DNA of 47,990 bases from Pseudomonadota bacterium (GTDB lineage Bacteria > Pseudomonadota > Alphaproteobacteria > Rhizobiales > CAJQND01): contig JBCDDQ010000002.1 in the NCBI GenBank assembly GCA_039180225.1, positions 1-47,990 on the forward strand. The letters are read 5' to 3'. Below, one piece after another: positions 16,686 through 25,514 of this stretch. Position numbers and translations under genes: made by a program. Every line of letters begins with the position of its first letter. Positions within the stretch are counted from its first letter, which is position 1. The notes beneath the pieces are model-generated. The model ran no database searches and had not been told where the DNA came from. It worked only from the letters and a program-made list of their open reading frames with translations.

Positions 16686-17975
16686 TCAGGCGGCGCCCCG
16701 CAAGGGCTCAGCGCGCTCGGCGCCCGTCGGGTCAGCTGGCTCTCCCTCAAACAGCTGCATCAGCTGGTCGATACCACCCTCATAGCTAAACTCTGCACGC
16801 ACGCGCGCCTTTCCTGCTTCGCCAAGCTGTTCTCTCAACGCGGGAGTGCGGATGAGTTTTTCCAGAGCACTGGCCAATGCCTTGGGATCGTCCGGGGGCA
16901 CCAAGATGCCGTTCTCTCCGTCTCTCACCAGCTCCGGCACGCCGGAGACCGGTGTTGAGAGACAACTCAGCCCTTGGCTTTGGGCTTCCACCAAGACATT
17001 GGGCAAGCCATCTCTGTCTCCATTTGGCGCAATCCGGCAGGGCAGAATGAAAAGGTCTGATGACCGGTAGCGCTCAATCACTTCGGTCTGCGCCAGGGCG
17101 CCCAACCATTCTATGCGGTCGGTCAGCTTTAAGGCTTCTGCCTGGGCTTTCAGCTTGGGCAGAAGCTCGCCGCCGCCAATATGGCTCCAGCGCCAGTTCA
17201 GCTCAGGCGGCAGTAACGCCAGAGCGTCCAACAAAGTGTCGATACCCTTTTTCTGGACCGCACGGCCCACTGTGATAAGTCCCACCGGCGCACCGTCCTG
17301 TGCCCCATCAGGACGACCGTCGCGCTTGGGAGGGCCGGCAAAGCGCTTCAGGTCGATCCCATGATAGATCAACTTCACCTTGTCCGGCTCCGCACTTAGG
17401 GAGCGCAGATGATCGGCCCCATAGCGGGTGCACACACTGACCCAGCCGGTGCTGTTCAACTTCTCCGTCAGCTCCCAGTCTGGCGAGGTCCAAATGTCCT
17501 TGGCATGAGCCGAGCAGGTCCATGGCAGGCCTGTCATGAGAGACGTATAACGGGTGACCGAGGCGGGCGTGTGGATGAAGTGCGCGTGCAGCCAGCCCAC
17601 ATCTTGAGGGAGCTCGGCCGCCATCACCAAGGCTTGCCCGAACCGCCTGAAACGGTTGCGGCTAACATCGCGTTTAAGATCTTTCAGCCAGCATTTGAAC
17701 GCAGCTTTATATCCGGGCCGGCGGCGCACCTTCCACCAGCTCGCCAAAACCCGCAAAGGCGCATCGTGCAGATACTCCGGCAAGTAAGAAACGGGCGCCA
17801 CAATCTCCGCATGGATGGGATGCGTATCTGGATCATAGGGCTGGCGCAGTGAGATAATGCGAATGTCCATGCCCTGCAGTTCGAGCCCGCGAATCTCTTG
17901 CGCGATGAACGTTTCAGACAGTCTGGGGTAGCCCTTTAGAACAAATGCTACTGCCCTTTTCATGGGATCCCTCAT
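16686..17975 (-). CDS. Glycosyltransferase, GT4/group 1 (WcaL-like)
   Basis: N-terminus VAFVLKGYPRLSETFIAQEI and C-terminal DGLPNVLVEAQSQGLSCLSTPVSGVPELV (E-x7-E region). ATGA overlap with the upstream GT stop. An alternative ATG at 17963 is possible. Confidence 0.8.
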   Translation of the reverse strand: MRDPMKRAVAFVLKGYPRLSETFIAQEIRGLELQGMDIRIISLRQPYDPDTHPIHAEIVAPVSYLPEYLHDAPLRVLASWWKVRRRPGYKAAFKCWLKDLKRDVSRNRFRRFGQALVMAAELPQDVGWLHAHFIHTPASVTRYTSLMTGLPWTCSAHAKDIWTSPDWELTEKLNSTGWVSVCTRYGADHLRSLSAEPDKVKLIYHGIDLKRFAGPPKRDGRPDGAQDGAPVGLITVGRAVQKKGIDTLLDALALLPPELNWRWSHIGGGELLPKLKAQAEALKLTDRIEWLGALAQTEVIERYRSSDLFILPCRIAPNGDRDGLPNVLVEAQSQGLSCLSTPVSGVPELVRDGENGILVPPDDPKALASALEKLIRTPALREQLGEAGKARVRAEFSYEGGIDQLMQLFEGEPADPTGAERAEPLRGAA

Positions 17976-19198
17976 CCGCCGCCGGCAATCACTCTCAGCT
18001 CGGGGCGCGCGGGCCTTGCCAGGTGAGCTTCTACGATCTCGCCAATCTTCGTCAATCCATCAAGCGGCAGCCAACAACCTGCCTCAGACGGTCTTCGGCG
18101 CTTGGGCAAGGCTTCTATTGCATCAGCCATCTTTTGCGGGTCCGAGGCCAACTCTGGCACCATCATCTTGATCACGCCCAGCTCATCAGCCCGGCGGGCC
18201 CTGATCAACTGTTCCTGGCGTGGTTCGGTACGGGGCACCACAATGGCGCGCTTGTCGAACGATAATATCTCACAGAAGGTGTTGTAGCCACCCATCCCGA
18301 TCAAACCCTTGGCATCTGTAATGAGGGTTTCAATCCGGTTGTCGAAGTCCATAAGCTGGATTTTAGGCTTGCCCTCCGCGCGTCGCAAAATGGCCTCGCG
18401 TTCTTGCGTGGGCATAAACGGGCCGAGAATGATCACCGCCGGATGCAGATTGTAGCTCTTGTTTGCCTCGGCGTGTTCGTAGGCGGCCAGCACATTGTTC
18501 ACCACATCCGAGCCGTCTCCCCCGCCTCCGGTGGTGACGAGAACATAGTCACCGGCAACGGCGTTGATGGCACCTTTGGTTTCAGCAGGTTGATGGCGCT
18601 CCAGGTAACCGGTGTAGGTGATGCGCTGATTAAGCGCCTTGGAGGTTTTGAGGCCGCTCAACGGGTTCCAAAACCCCGGCGGACCGTAGACCCAGATATC
18701 ATCATAAAGCTCGTCGAGCTTTGGCAGAATGCCGCGGCGCTTCCACTCTTTCTTCAACAGGTGCGGGGCGTCCATCACATCCCTCAGACCCACCACGAGC
18801 GTGCAGTCCTGGTCCTTGAGATATCTCAGCGTGTCCTCAATCTCGCCATGCAGACCGAGCGGTTCTTTGTCCACGATGAACATGTCAGGATTGAAGTGTT
18901 CCGCCGTGTGGCGGATGATCGACCGGCGCATCTCCAGAGTTTCCTCCAGATCAATGTGCTCATCGAGAGATGTGTACTGTCCGTTGTGCAGCTTGATCAC
19001 ACTGGGGATCTTCACGAAGTCCACCCGTGCTTTGAAATCAAACGCCCCGGCAATGGGTGAGCCGGAAATGATCAGGACGTTCAAGCCTTTGAACTGCTCC
19101 ACCAGAGCATGCGCAATGGTGCGGCAGCGGCGCAGATGGCCCAAGCCAAAAGTGTCGTGGCTATACATCAGGACGCGCGCGTGCTCGAGCCGTTTCAT
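17972..19198 (-). CDS. Glycosyltransferase, MurG-like GT-B fold (COG4671-type), paralogue of 15534-16682
   Basis: N-terminus RVLMYSHDTFGLGHLRRCRTIAHAL and C-terminal GMGGYNTFCEIL...EPRQEQLIRARR. SD-like AAAGGTGA lies 5 nt upstream of the ATG. Confidence 0.7.
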   Translation of the reverse strand: MKRLEHARVLMYSHDTFGLGHLRRCRTIAHALVEQFKGLNVLIISGSPIAGAFDFKARVDFVKIPSVIKLHNGQYTSLDEHIDLEETLEMRRSIIRHTAEHFNPDMFIVDKEPLGLHGEIEDTLRYLKDQDCTLVVGLRDVMDAPHLLKKEWKRRGILPKLDELYDDIWVYGPPGFWNPLSGLKTSKALNQRITYTGYLERHQPAETKGAINAVAGDYVLVTTGGGGDGSDVVNNVLAAYEHAEANKSYNLHPAVIILGPFMPTQEREAILRRAEGKPKIQLMDFDNRIETLITDAKGLIGMGGYNTFCEILSFDKRAIVVPRTEPRQEQLIRARRADELGVIKMMVPELASDPQKMADAIEALPKRRRPSEAGCWLPLDGLTKIGEIVEAHLARPARPELRVIAGGG

Positions 19199-19295
19199 CG
19201 GTCACCTTTCTGCAATCGCCAATGTAGCAATTTGCCTCTTGTCAGCCGCCCGCTCGTCTTATGCCATATATGGGGCCCGCAGGGAACAGCAGCAA

Positions 19296-19315
19296 CCATG
19301 GCAGAGCGGCCATGG
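19296..19315 (-). terminator. Weak hairpin 18 nt downstream of the peptide-permease stop
   Basis: CCATGGC (19296-19302) and GCCATGG (19309-19315) form a 7-bp perfect inverted repeat with a 6-nt loop. On the minus strand it is followed by TTGCTGCTGTT, only moderately T-rich. Confidence 0.3.
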
Positions 19316-19333
19316 CCAAAATGTGTTCCAACG

Positions 19334-20524
19334 TTATTTGTAAGGATCTGCCGCATCGCGCAGACCATCTCCAAAGAAATTGAAGGCCAAAATAACCAGG
19401 ATCACCGGCACCACAGGCAGCAAAAGCCAAGGATAAAGCGCCACCACATTGATGTTCTGCGCTTCTTTCAGCAGAACGCCCCAACTTGTGATCGGCGGCC
19501 TCAGGCCCAAACCCAAGAAGCTAAGGGCGGTCTCGCCCAACACCATGGTGGGGATGGTGATCGTTGCGGAGGCGATCAGGTGGCTCATAAAGCCCGGCAC
19601 CAGATGGCGTCCGATGATGCGTTTGGGGTTTGCACCCATCAATTGCGCGGCCACCACATAGTCTTCCTCACGCAAGGCCAACAGCTTGGAGCGCACGGCC
19701 CTCGCCAGCCCGGTCCAGTCTAATATGCCTAAAATTATCGTAATGCCGAAATAGACAATCAACGGTCCCCAGGTCGACGGCATGATGGCCGCAAGCGCCA
19801 TCCACAAGGGGATGGCGGGGAGCGATTGGAGCACTTCGATCATGCGCTGAACGATCATGTCGAAGAGGCCGCCATAATAGCCGGCAAGGCCGCCGATCAC
19901 GATGCCCAGAACGAAGCTTATGGTGACCCCAAGCAGACCAATGGTCAGCGAAATCCGCGCCCCATAGATGATGCGTGACAGCATATCCCGGCCCAGTCGG
20001 TCTGTACCCAAGAGGAAGAGCGTGCCGTCTTTCGGCGGGCAAACGATGTGGAAATCCCCCTCAAACAGTCCCCAGAACATGTACTTGTCGCCGGAGCAGA
20101 AGAAGCGGATCTTTTTCACGTCCGATTTGTTTTCGGTGTACTCCCGCTTGAGCGTTTCCATGTTCAGCTTGTAGTTGGCCCCGTAGACGAAGGGCCCCAC
20201 GAAACTGCCTTCATGGAACAGATGCACTGCCTGAGGCGCAGAGAAGATCCGGTCCGAATGGCGGGTGTGCAGGTTGTATGGCGCCAGCACTTCGCTGAAC
20301 AGCGTACTGATATACAGGAGAAGCAGAAAGATGCCCGAAGCCACAGCCACCTTGTGCTGTTTGAACTTCCACCACATCAGCTTGGTCTGAGAGGCCAGGT
20401 AGACCTTTTCCTGAGCCGGGGTCAGGCGCTCCACCGAACGCGGATCGAACGGTTTGTCCGAAACATAATGAGGCATTTCTGCGCCCGGCGCAGGCAGCGG
20501 GCTTTCTGGACGGCCATTACTCAT
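19334..20524 (-). CDS. Peptide ABC transporter permease (DppC/OppC/YejE-like)
   Basis: 396-aa multi-TM protein with a long N-terminal extension (LTPAQEKVYLASQTKLMWWKFKQHK) typical of YejE-type permeases. ATGA-type overlap with the upstream permease. Confidence 0.85.
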   Translation of the reverse strand: MSNGRPESPLPAPGAEMPHYVSDKPFDPRSVERLTPAQEKVYLASQTKLMWWKFKQHKVAVASGIFLLLLYISTLFSEVLAPYNLHTRHSDRIFSAPQAVHLFHEGSFVGPFVYGANYKLNMETLKREYTENKSDVKKIRFFCSGDKYMFWGLFEGDFHIVCPPKDGTLFLLGTDRLGRDMLSRIIYGARISLTIGLLGVTISFVLGIVIGGLAGYYGGLFDMIVQRMIEVLQSLPAIPLWMALAAIMPSTWGPLIVYFGITIILGILDWTGLARAVRSKLLALREEDYVVAAQLMGANPKRIIGRHLVPGFMSHLIASATITIPTMVLGETALSFLGLGLRPPITSWGVLLKEAQNINVVALYPWLLLPVVPVILVILAFNFFGDGLRDAADPYK

Positions 20525-21519
20525 TTTGTGGCGCCTCCAGCCAGACGTATGCGCGGATCAAGAATGGCCAGCGCGATGTCAGACACCAGAACGCCAATCA
20601 CTGTGAGCGTGGCCAGGAACATCAGGAACGAACCGGCCAGATACATGTCCTGGCTGGCCAGAGCGCTCAAAAGCAGCGGGCCTGTTGTCTCCAGCGACAA
20701 GACCACCGCCACGATCTCAGCGCCGGAGATGATCGACGGAAGAATGGACCCAATGTCTGAGATGAAGAAGTTCAACGACATGCGCAGTGGATATTTTACG
20801 AGCGCCTTGAAGGGCCTTAAACCCTTGGCCTTGGCCGTGACCACGTACTGCTTCTGCAGCTCGTCCAAAAGGTTGGCGCGCAGGCGGCGGATCATTGCGG
20901 CGGTGCCCGACGTGCCGATCACCACCACAGGGATCCAGAGGTGCTCCATGATCGACTTGAACTTGTCCCAGCTCATGGGCTTGTCGAGATATTCCGGATC
21001 CATGAGGTGCCCGACCGAGGTGCCGAACCATATGTTCGCCAAGTAGAGCATCACCAACGCCAATAGAAAATTGGGGATGGCGAGCCCTAAGAGCCCGACA
21101 AAAGTCAGCCCGTAATCGCTCCAGCTGTACTGGTGGGTGGCGGAGTAAATGCCGATGGGGAAAGCCACGATCCAGGTGAAGATGATCGTGACGAACGACA
21201 AGAGGATGGTCAGCCAAAGGCGCTCGCCCACCACATCGGTTACCGGCAACTGGTACTCGAACGAATAGCCGAAATCGCCCACCAACATGCCGCCGAGCCA
21301 GTGGAAATAGCGCAGCACCACAGGCTTGTCGAAGCCATATTCCTCACGCAGAAACGCTATCTGGGTTTCGTCCACCTTCTCGCCCTGCTGTTTCAGCTCG
21401 GCGATGTAGGTCTCCAGATAATCACCCGGCGGGAGTTCGATAATGAAGAAGATCAATGCTGAGATGATCAGCAAAGTCGGGATCATTATCAAGACACGCC
21501 TGATGATATAGGCAAACAT
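20521..21519 (-). CDS. Peptide ABC transporter permease (DppB/OppB/YejB-like)
   Basis: N-terminus MFAYIIRRVLIMIPTLLIISALIFFIIELPPGDY is the canonical start of the DppB family. Confidence 0.88.
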   Translation of the reverse strand: MFAYIIRRVLIMIPTLLIISALIFFIIELPPGDYLETYIAELKQQGEKVDETQIAFLREEYGFDKPVVLRYFHWLGGMLVGDFGYSFEYQLPVTDVVGERLWLTILLSFVTIIFTWIVAFPIGIYSATHQYSWSDYGLTFVGLLGLAIPNFLLALVMLYLANIWFGTSVGHLMDPEYLDKPMSWDKFKSIMEHLWIPVVVIGTSGTAAMIRRLRANLLDELQKQYVVTAKAKGLRPFKALVKYPLRMSLNFFISDIGSILPSIISGAEIVAVVLSLETTGPLLLSALASQDMYLAGSFLMFLATLTVIGVLVSDIALAILDPRIRLAGGATK

Positions 21520-21522
21520 GGC

Positions 21523-23430
21523 TTAGTTGCCTCCAGCGTTCGGGTCGATCCAGAACGTGTCCATTTTGTAGATCCCGAAATAGGCTCCTGGATCATAGTT
21601 CCAGATCCCCTTCTCAGGCACGTTCTGAAGCTTGTTCGCCACCACAAGCGGCTGCAGGGTTCCGTTGATCACGCCGATGGAAAAGACCTGGTCGGTGTAG
21701 ATTTTCAGCATCTGGTGCCAGATACCGGTGCGCTCCTCCGAAGTGGCGGATTTGAGCCAGCTTTGATAGAGCTCCACGAGCTTTTGCGCTTCGGGCATAT
21801 CGACCTTCGTGCCGGCATTGCCCTGGGTTTCATAGAACTGTCCCCAGGTGGGCCATTGGAAATGCTCCTGGGTGGTCGGGGCAAGCTCATCCGGCTTCAT
21901 TTCCGGCGTCGGAATTGCATTGTCGAGCCCTTGGAACACGCCCATGATGGTGTCACCGGAGAGCACCCGGCGACGGAAGATGTCGCGTTGCGTGGGGCGC
22001 ACGAAGAGCTCCACGCCGACCTCTTTCCAGTTGTCCCGGATCAGTTCGAGCACGTCGGTCTCTTCAGTGCTCTCACCTGCTGTCTCCACCACGATTTGCA
22101 TAACTCTGCCGTCCGGCAGAAGGCGGATCCCCCCCGGATTGCGCTTGTCCAGCCCTGCTTCGTCCAGGAGCTTGTTGGCTTGAGCGATATCAAAGGACAC
22201 CCAGGCGTTCTGATACTCTTCCTTGTAGAGAGGACTGGTCGGCAAGACCGTGTTTGCACTGGGGCGGGCCAGGCCATAGTAGACCGCCTGATTGATCTCG
22301 TCGCGATCAATGGCAAGCGACAGTGCCCGGCGGACACGCACGTCGCGGAACAACTTGCGCCACACCTCATCGCCCGCGTTCAAGTTCGGGAACAAGGCGA
22401 TTTGCGCCCCTTTCGCCGTCTCCCACAGCCTCACATTGATAGGATGGCGCTTGGTGGCCGCCTTCAAGAAGGTGAAGTTGTCGAAGCGGATATAGCGGCC
22501 TTGCAGATCGGTTTCCCCGGCGCCGGCCTTGGTGGGCACGAGGCCGGTGGAGCCCAGCCCTACTTCGATTGTGTCGATATACGGCAGTTGCTGACCTTCA
22601 GGATCCACCCGGTGATAGTACGGGTTGCGCTCGAATACAAAGCGCTCTGCCGGGGGTTTTGTGCTGTTGCGCCAAGGTTGCAGTGTGGGCAGATCCGGGT
22701 TCTCCGGGCGATACTGGCGGCCCAGGCGGCGGTGCAGTGCGGCCCAGTTGCGCTGCTTGTGCTTTTCCACCTCCTGCTTCAATTCGCCCGCAGGGCGGTA
22801 CTTGGCGTGGAACTTCCTCATGTAGTGAGCCGGCATGTAGAGATAGAACGGCCGGGCGCCCGCCAGAGCGGGTACGAAATTCGGGTTCGGATCCTTGAAC
22901 GTGTAGCGCACGGTGTGCTCATCGATGATTTCGAATTTGAGCGGCTCTCCGTCAGAGGTCAAAAGCCTCGGAATACCGCCGCGCACCAGTTCTTCATTTT
23001 GTATCACATCTTCCCAGAAGTACCGGAAATCCTCTGCAGTGAAGGGATGACCATCGGACCATTTATGGCCAGGGCGCAGATGCAGTGTGAAGATCCGCCC
23101 GTCTTCCACATCGATTTTCTTCAAAATGTCCGGCTTAAGCGCCAGCTTGCTGTCATATCCCACAAGGCGGGCATAGCCGTAGACAGTCATCATGCGGATG
23201 TCTTTTTGCTTGCCCAGCAGCATCCGAATGGTCCCGCCACTCTTGCCGGGTTTGGCCCCAAGGGCCTCGAAATCGACAACAAGCGGCGCTTCGGGCAAGC
23301 GCTTGGCAATCGGCGGTAAGGTTCCGGACGCTACCGCGTCCACAAAGCTTGGCGTCTCTTTGTATGACTGGGCGGTTGCCGGCACCAGTGCGGCCAGCAA
23401 GAGCCCCATGACGAGGAGTAGTCGCTTCAT
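21523..23430 (-). CDS. Extracellular solute-binding protein, family 5 (peptide/YejA-like)
   Basis: 635 aa. Signal peptide MKRLLLVMGLLLAALVPATA. Size and position within a Dpp/Yej-type operon fit. Confidence 0.8.
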   Translation of the reverse strand: MKRLLLVMGLLLAALVPATAQSYKETPSFVDAVASGTLPPIAKRLPEAPLVVDFEALGAKPGKSGGTIRMLLGKQKDIRMMTVYGYARLVGYDSKLALKPDILKKIDVEDGRIFTLHLRPGHKWSDGHPFTAEDFRYFWEDVIQNEELVRGGIPRLLTSDGEPLKFEIIDEHTVRYTFKDPNPNFVPALAGARPFYLYMPAHYMRKFHAKYRPAGELKQEVEKHKQRNWAALHRRLGRQYRPENPDLPTLQPWRNSTKPPAERFVFERNPYYHRVDPEGQQLPYIDTIEVGLGSTGLVPTKAGAGETDLQGRYIRFDNFTFLKAATKRHPINVRLWETAKGAQIALFPNLNAGDEVWRKLFRDVRVRRALSLAIDRDEINQAVYYGLARPSANTVLPTSPLYKEEYQNAWVSFDIAQANKLLDEAGLDKRNPGGIRLLPDGRVMQIVVETAGESTEETDVLELIRDNWKEVGVELFVRPTQRDIFRRRVLSGDTIMGVFQGLDNAIPTPEMKPDELAPTTQEHFQWPTWGQFYETQGNAGTKVDMPEAQKLVELYQSWLKSATSEERTGIWHQMLKIYTDQVFSIGVINGTLQPLVVANKLQNVPEKGIWNYDPGAYFGIYKMDTFWIDPNAGGN

Positions 23431-25322
23431 GTTCTCAACTCCATTGCATCTACCGACTTGTGAACCAAGACCTTATGGCCTTCATCAATTTCCAAATGTG
23501 TCAGCTCCGGTGCATCGGGCGTGGCAACAAATTTTGGGCCCCAGGAGTCTACATTAGTAGCCCCGCCAGCTTGAAGTGCGACAAAATCCAAGGGCCGATT
23601 GAGATCCGCATAGGGAACCGCTTTGAGCAGCGCCCGGGTGTAGGGATGGATCGGGTTTTTGAACAGCACATCTCTTGGCGCCGTCTCCACAAGCTTCCCC
23701 TTACACATCACCGCAATCCGATCCGCCACGTAATCCACCACAGCAAGGTTGTGGGAGATGAACAGGTAGGTCAGTCCGAGCTCTGATTGCAGGTCTTTGA
23801 GAAGATTGAGAATTTGCGCCTGCACCGAAACATCCAATGCGGAAACGGGCTCGTCGCACAAGAGCAGGTCCGGGTTCAGCGCCAAGGCCCGTGCAATCCC
23901 GACCCGCTGGCGCTGGCCACCGGAAAAGCTGTGTGGGTAACGGTTGAGGAAGCGCGGATCCAGGCCCACAAGACGCATCAGCTCGGTGACTTTGGCCATA
24001 CGTTCTTTCTCTGAGCCCATGTTATGGATGACCAACGGCTCGCGGAGAATGTTGAGCACAGTCATGCGCGGCGACAAAGAGGAAAACGGGTCTTGAAAGA
24101 CCATCTGCATGCGCGGCCGGAACGTCTTGAGGGCAGCACCCTCCAGCCCCAGTACATCCTTTTTGCCACCGGTCCCATTGAACTCGATTGATCCGCTGTC
24201 CGGCGTGACCGCACGCATGATCATTTTTGAGACGGTGGTTTTGCCGCAGCCACTTTCCCCCACCAAGCCGAGGCATTCACCGCGCTTGATGTCGAGGGTG
24301 AAGTCATCCACGGCAACCAGCGTGTTCTCATCGGTGGCACCGAAGAACCCGCCTTTCTTGGTGACGAATGTCTTTCTAAGGTTTGAGATCTTTAACAGCG
24401 GCTCGTCTGACTCCGGTTCAGCGTCATCTTTCTTGCCAAAGGCGGGACCAATTTCGTAGTCGATGTCACGGATGGATTGGAGGCGCTCACCCGGCTTCAT
24501 GTCGAAATGCGGCACGGCGTGCAGCAGCGCTTTCAGGTACGGATGAGCAGGGTTTTCGAAGATGGCCTCCACGGGGCCTGCCTCCATCACCTCGCCATGG
24601 TACACCACCACCACTTCGTCCGCCATGTTGGCGACCACCCCCAGGTCGTGAGTGATCAGGAGGATCGCCATATTGAGCTTTTCCTGCAGCTCCTTGAGCT
24701 GATGGAGAACCTGCGCCTGGACGGTCACGTCCAGTGCGGTGGTGGGCTCATCGGCAATCAAAAGCGCCGGCCGGCAGATCATTGCCATGGCGATCATGGC
24801 CCGCTGACGCAATCCACCTGAGAGCTCAAACGGGTACATATCGTAGGCTTTTTGCGGGTCTGGGAAATTCACCAGGCCCAACATTTCCTCCGTAACCTTA
24901 CGGGCATCGCCCTTCGCCACATCGCGGTGCAAGGTCAGGGCTTCTTCGATCTGATTGCCGATCGTGTGGAGCGGTGACAGGGACGTCATCGGCTCCTGGA
25001 AAATCATGGAAATCCGCGCGCCCCGCAACTCGCGCATTTCCGAGCTGTCGCGATGCAGCTCAGCGATGTCCACAACCTGACCGTCCGCTTCAGGGTCCTG
25101 AAAGAGGATCTTTCCGCCAGTGATTGAAGCTGACCGAGGCAGGATACCGAGCAGGGCCTGCGCGGTGACGGATTTACCCGAGCCGGATTCGCCCACCAAG
25201 GCCACAACGCTGCCAGGGCGGATGCGAAAGCTAATGCCTTTCACAACTTCAAGCGGACTGCCGTGCAGCATGAACGCCACACGCAGATCTTCCACGCGTA
25301 TCAAATCAGTCTGTACGCTCAT
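23427..25322 (-). CDS. ABC transporter ATP-binding protein with duplicated ATPase domains (YejF/DppDF-fusion type)
   Basis: Two complete NBDs: GESGSGKS...LSGGLRQR...LLIADEPTTALD and GESGCGKT...FSGGQRQR...LLLCDEPVSALD. Confidence 0.9.
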   Translation of the reverse strand: MSVQTDLIRVEDLRVAFMLHGSPLEVVKGISFRIRPGSVVALVGESGSGKSVTAQALLGILPRSASITGGKILFQDPEADGQVVDIAELHRDSSEMRELRGARISMIFQEPMTSLSPLHTIGNQIEEALTLHRDVAKGDARKVTEEMLGLVNFPDPQKAYDMYPFELSGGLRQRAMIAMAMICRPALLIADEPTTALDVTVQAQVLHQLKELQEKLNMAILLITHDLGVVANMADEVVVVYHGEVMEAGPVEAIFENPAHPYLKALLHAVPHFDMKPGERLQSIRDIDYEIGPAFGKKDDAEPESDEPLLKISNLRKTFVTKKGGFFGATDENTLVAVDDFTLDIKRGECLGLVGESGCGKTTVSKMIMRAVTPDSGSIEFNGTGGKKDVLGLEGAALKTFRPRMQMVFQDPFSSLSPRMTVLNILREPLVIHNMGSEKERMAKVTELMRLVGLDPRFLNRYPHSFSGGQRQRVGIARALALNPDLLLCDEPVSALDVSVQAQILNLLKDLQSELGLTYLFISHNLAVVDYVADRIAVMCKGKLVETAPRDVLFKNPIHPYTRALLKAVPYADLNRPLDFVALQAGGATNVDSWGPKFVATPDAPELTHLEIDEGHKVLVHKSVDAMELRT

Positions 25323-25455
25323 GTACCCAGTGAAACGGCAGGGCCCGAAGGAAACGGCTCCTGACCGGCACTCCTCCCACTCAACGAATGCAACGGCAGT
25401 TTGCTTTTACGGTGCCTGAACCAACAGTGCAATCGGCTTGAGCGGCAAAACGCAA

Positions 25456-25481
25456 ATTTTCCCGCCAAACGACGGGAAAAT
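25456..25481 (-). terminator. Rho-independent terminator candidate downstream of the L,D-transpeptidase gene
   Basis: ATTTTCCCG (25456-25464) and CGGGAAAAT (25473-25481) form a 9-bp perfect stem with an 8-nt loop. On the minus strand the 3' arm is followed by TTGCGTTTTGCC. Confidence 0.55.
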
Positions 25482-25514
25482 CTGGAACTGTGACCAGTAT
25501 ATCTCAGTTGTCCG

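Noticed and set aside
3933-19198. Horizontally acquired genomic island interpretation of the glycan/cNMP region.
   Set aside because: There is no integrase, transposase, flanking tRNA or direct repeat. There is no visible compositional break relative to the flanking housekeeping operons, though composition was not computed.
21715-23319. Long antisense ORFs. Examples: 21715-23319 (+, 534 aa), 38430-39590 (-, 386 aa), 34186-35229 (-, 347 aa), 33340-34152 (-), 20048-21046 (+), 27833-28831 (+), 12895-13689 (+), 14410-15165 (+).
   Set aside because: Each lies fully opposite a gene with strong family motifs. Their translations are Arg/Ala/Gly/His-rich low-complexity strings with no recognisable domains. 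These are typical shadow ORFs of GC-rich DNA.
25323-25455. Three GCCGTT(T) repeats in the leader of the peptide ABC operon as a regulatory array.
   Set aside because: The repeats are short 6-9 nt matches with irregular spacing. They may be chance in GC-rich DNA, and no known motif is recognised.
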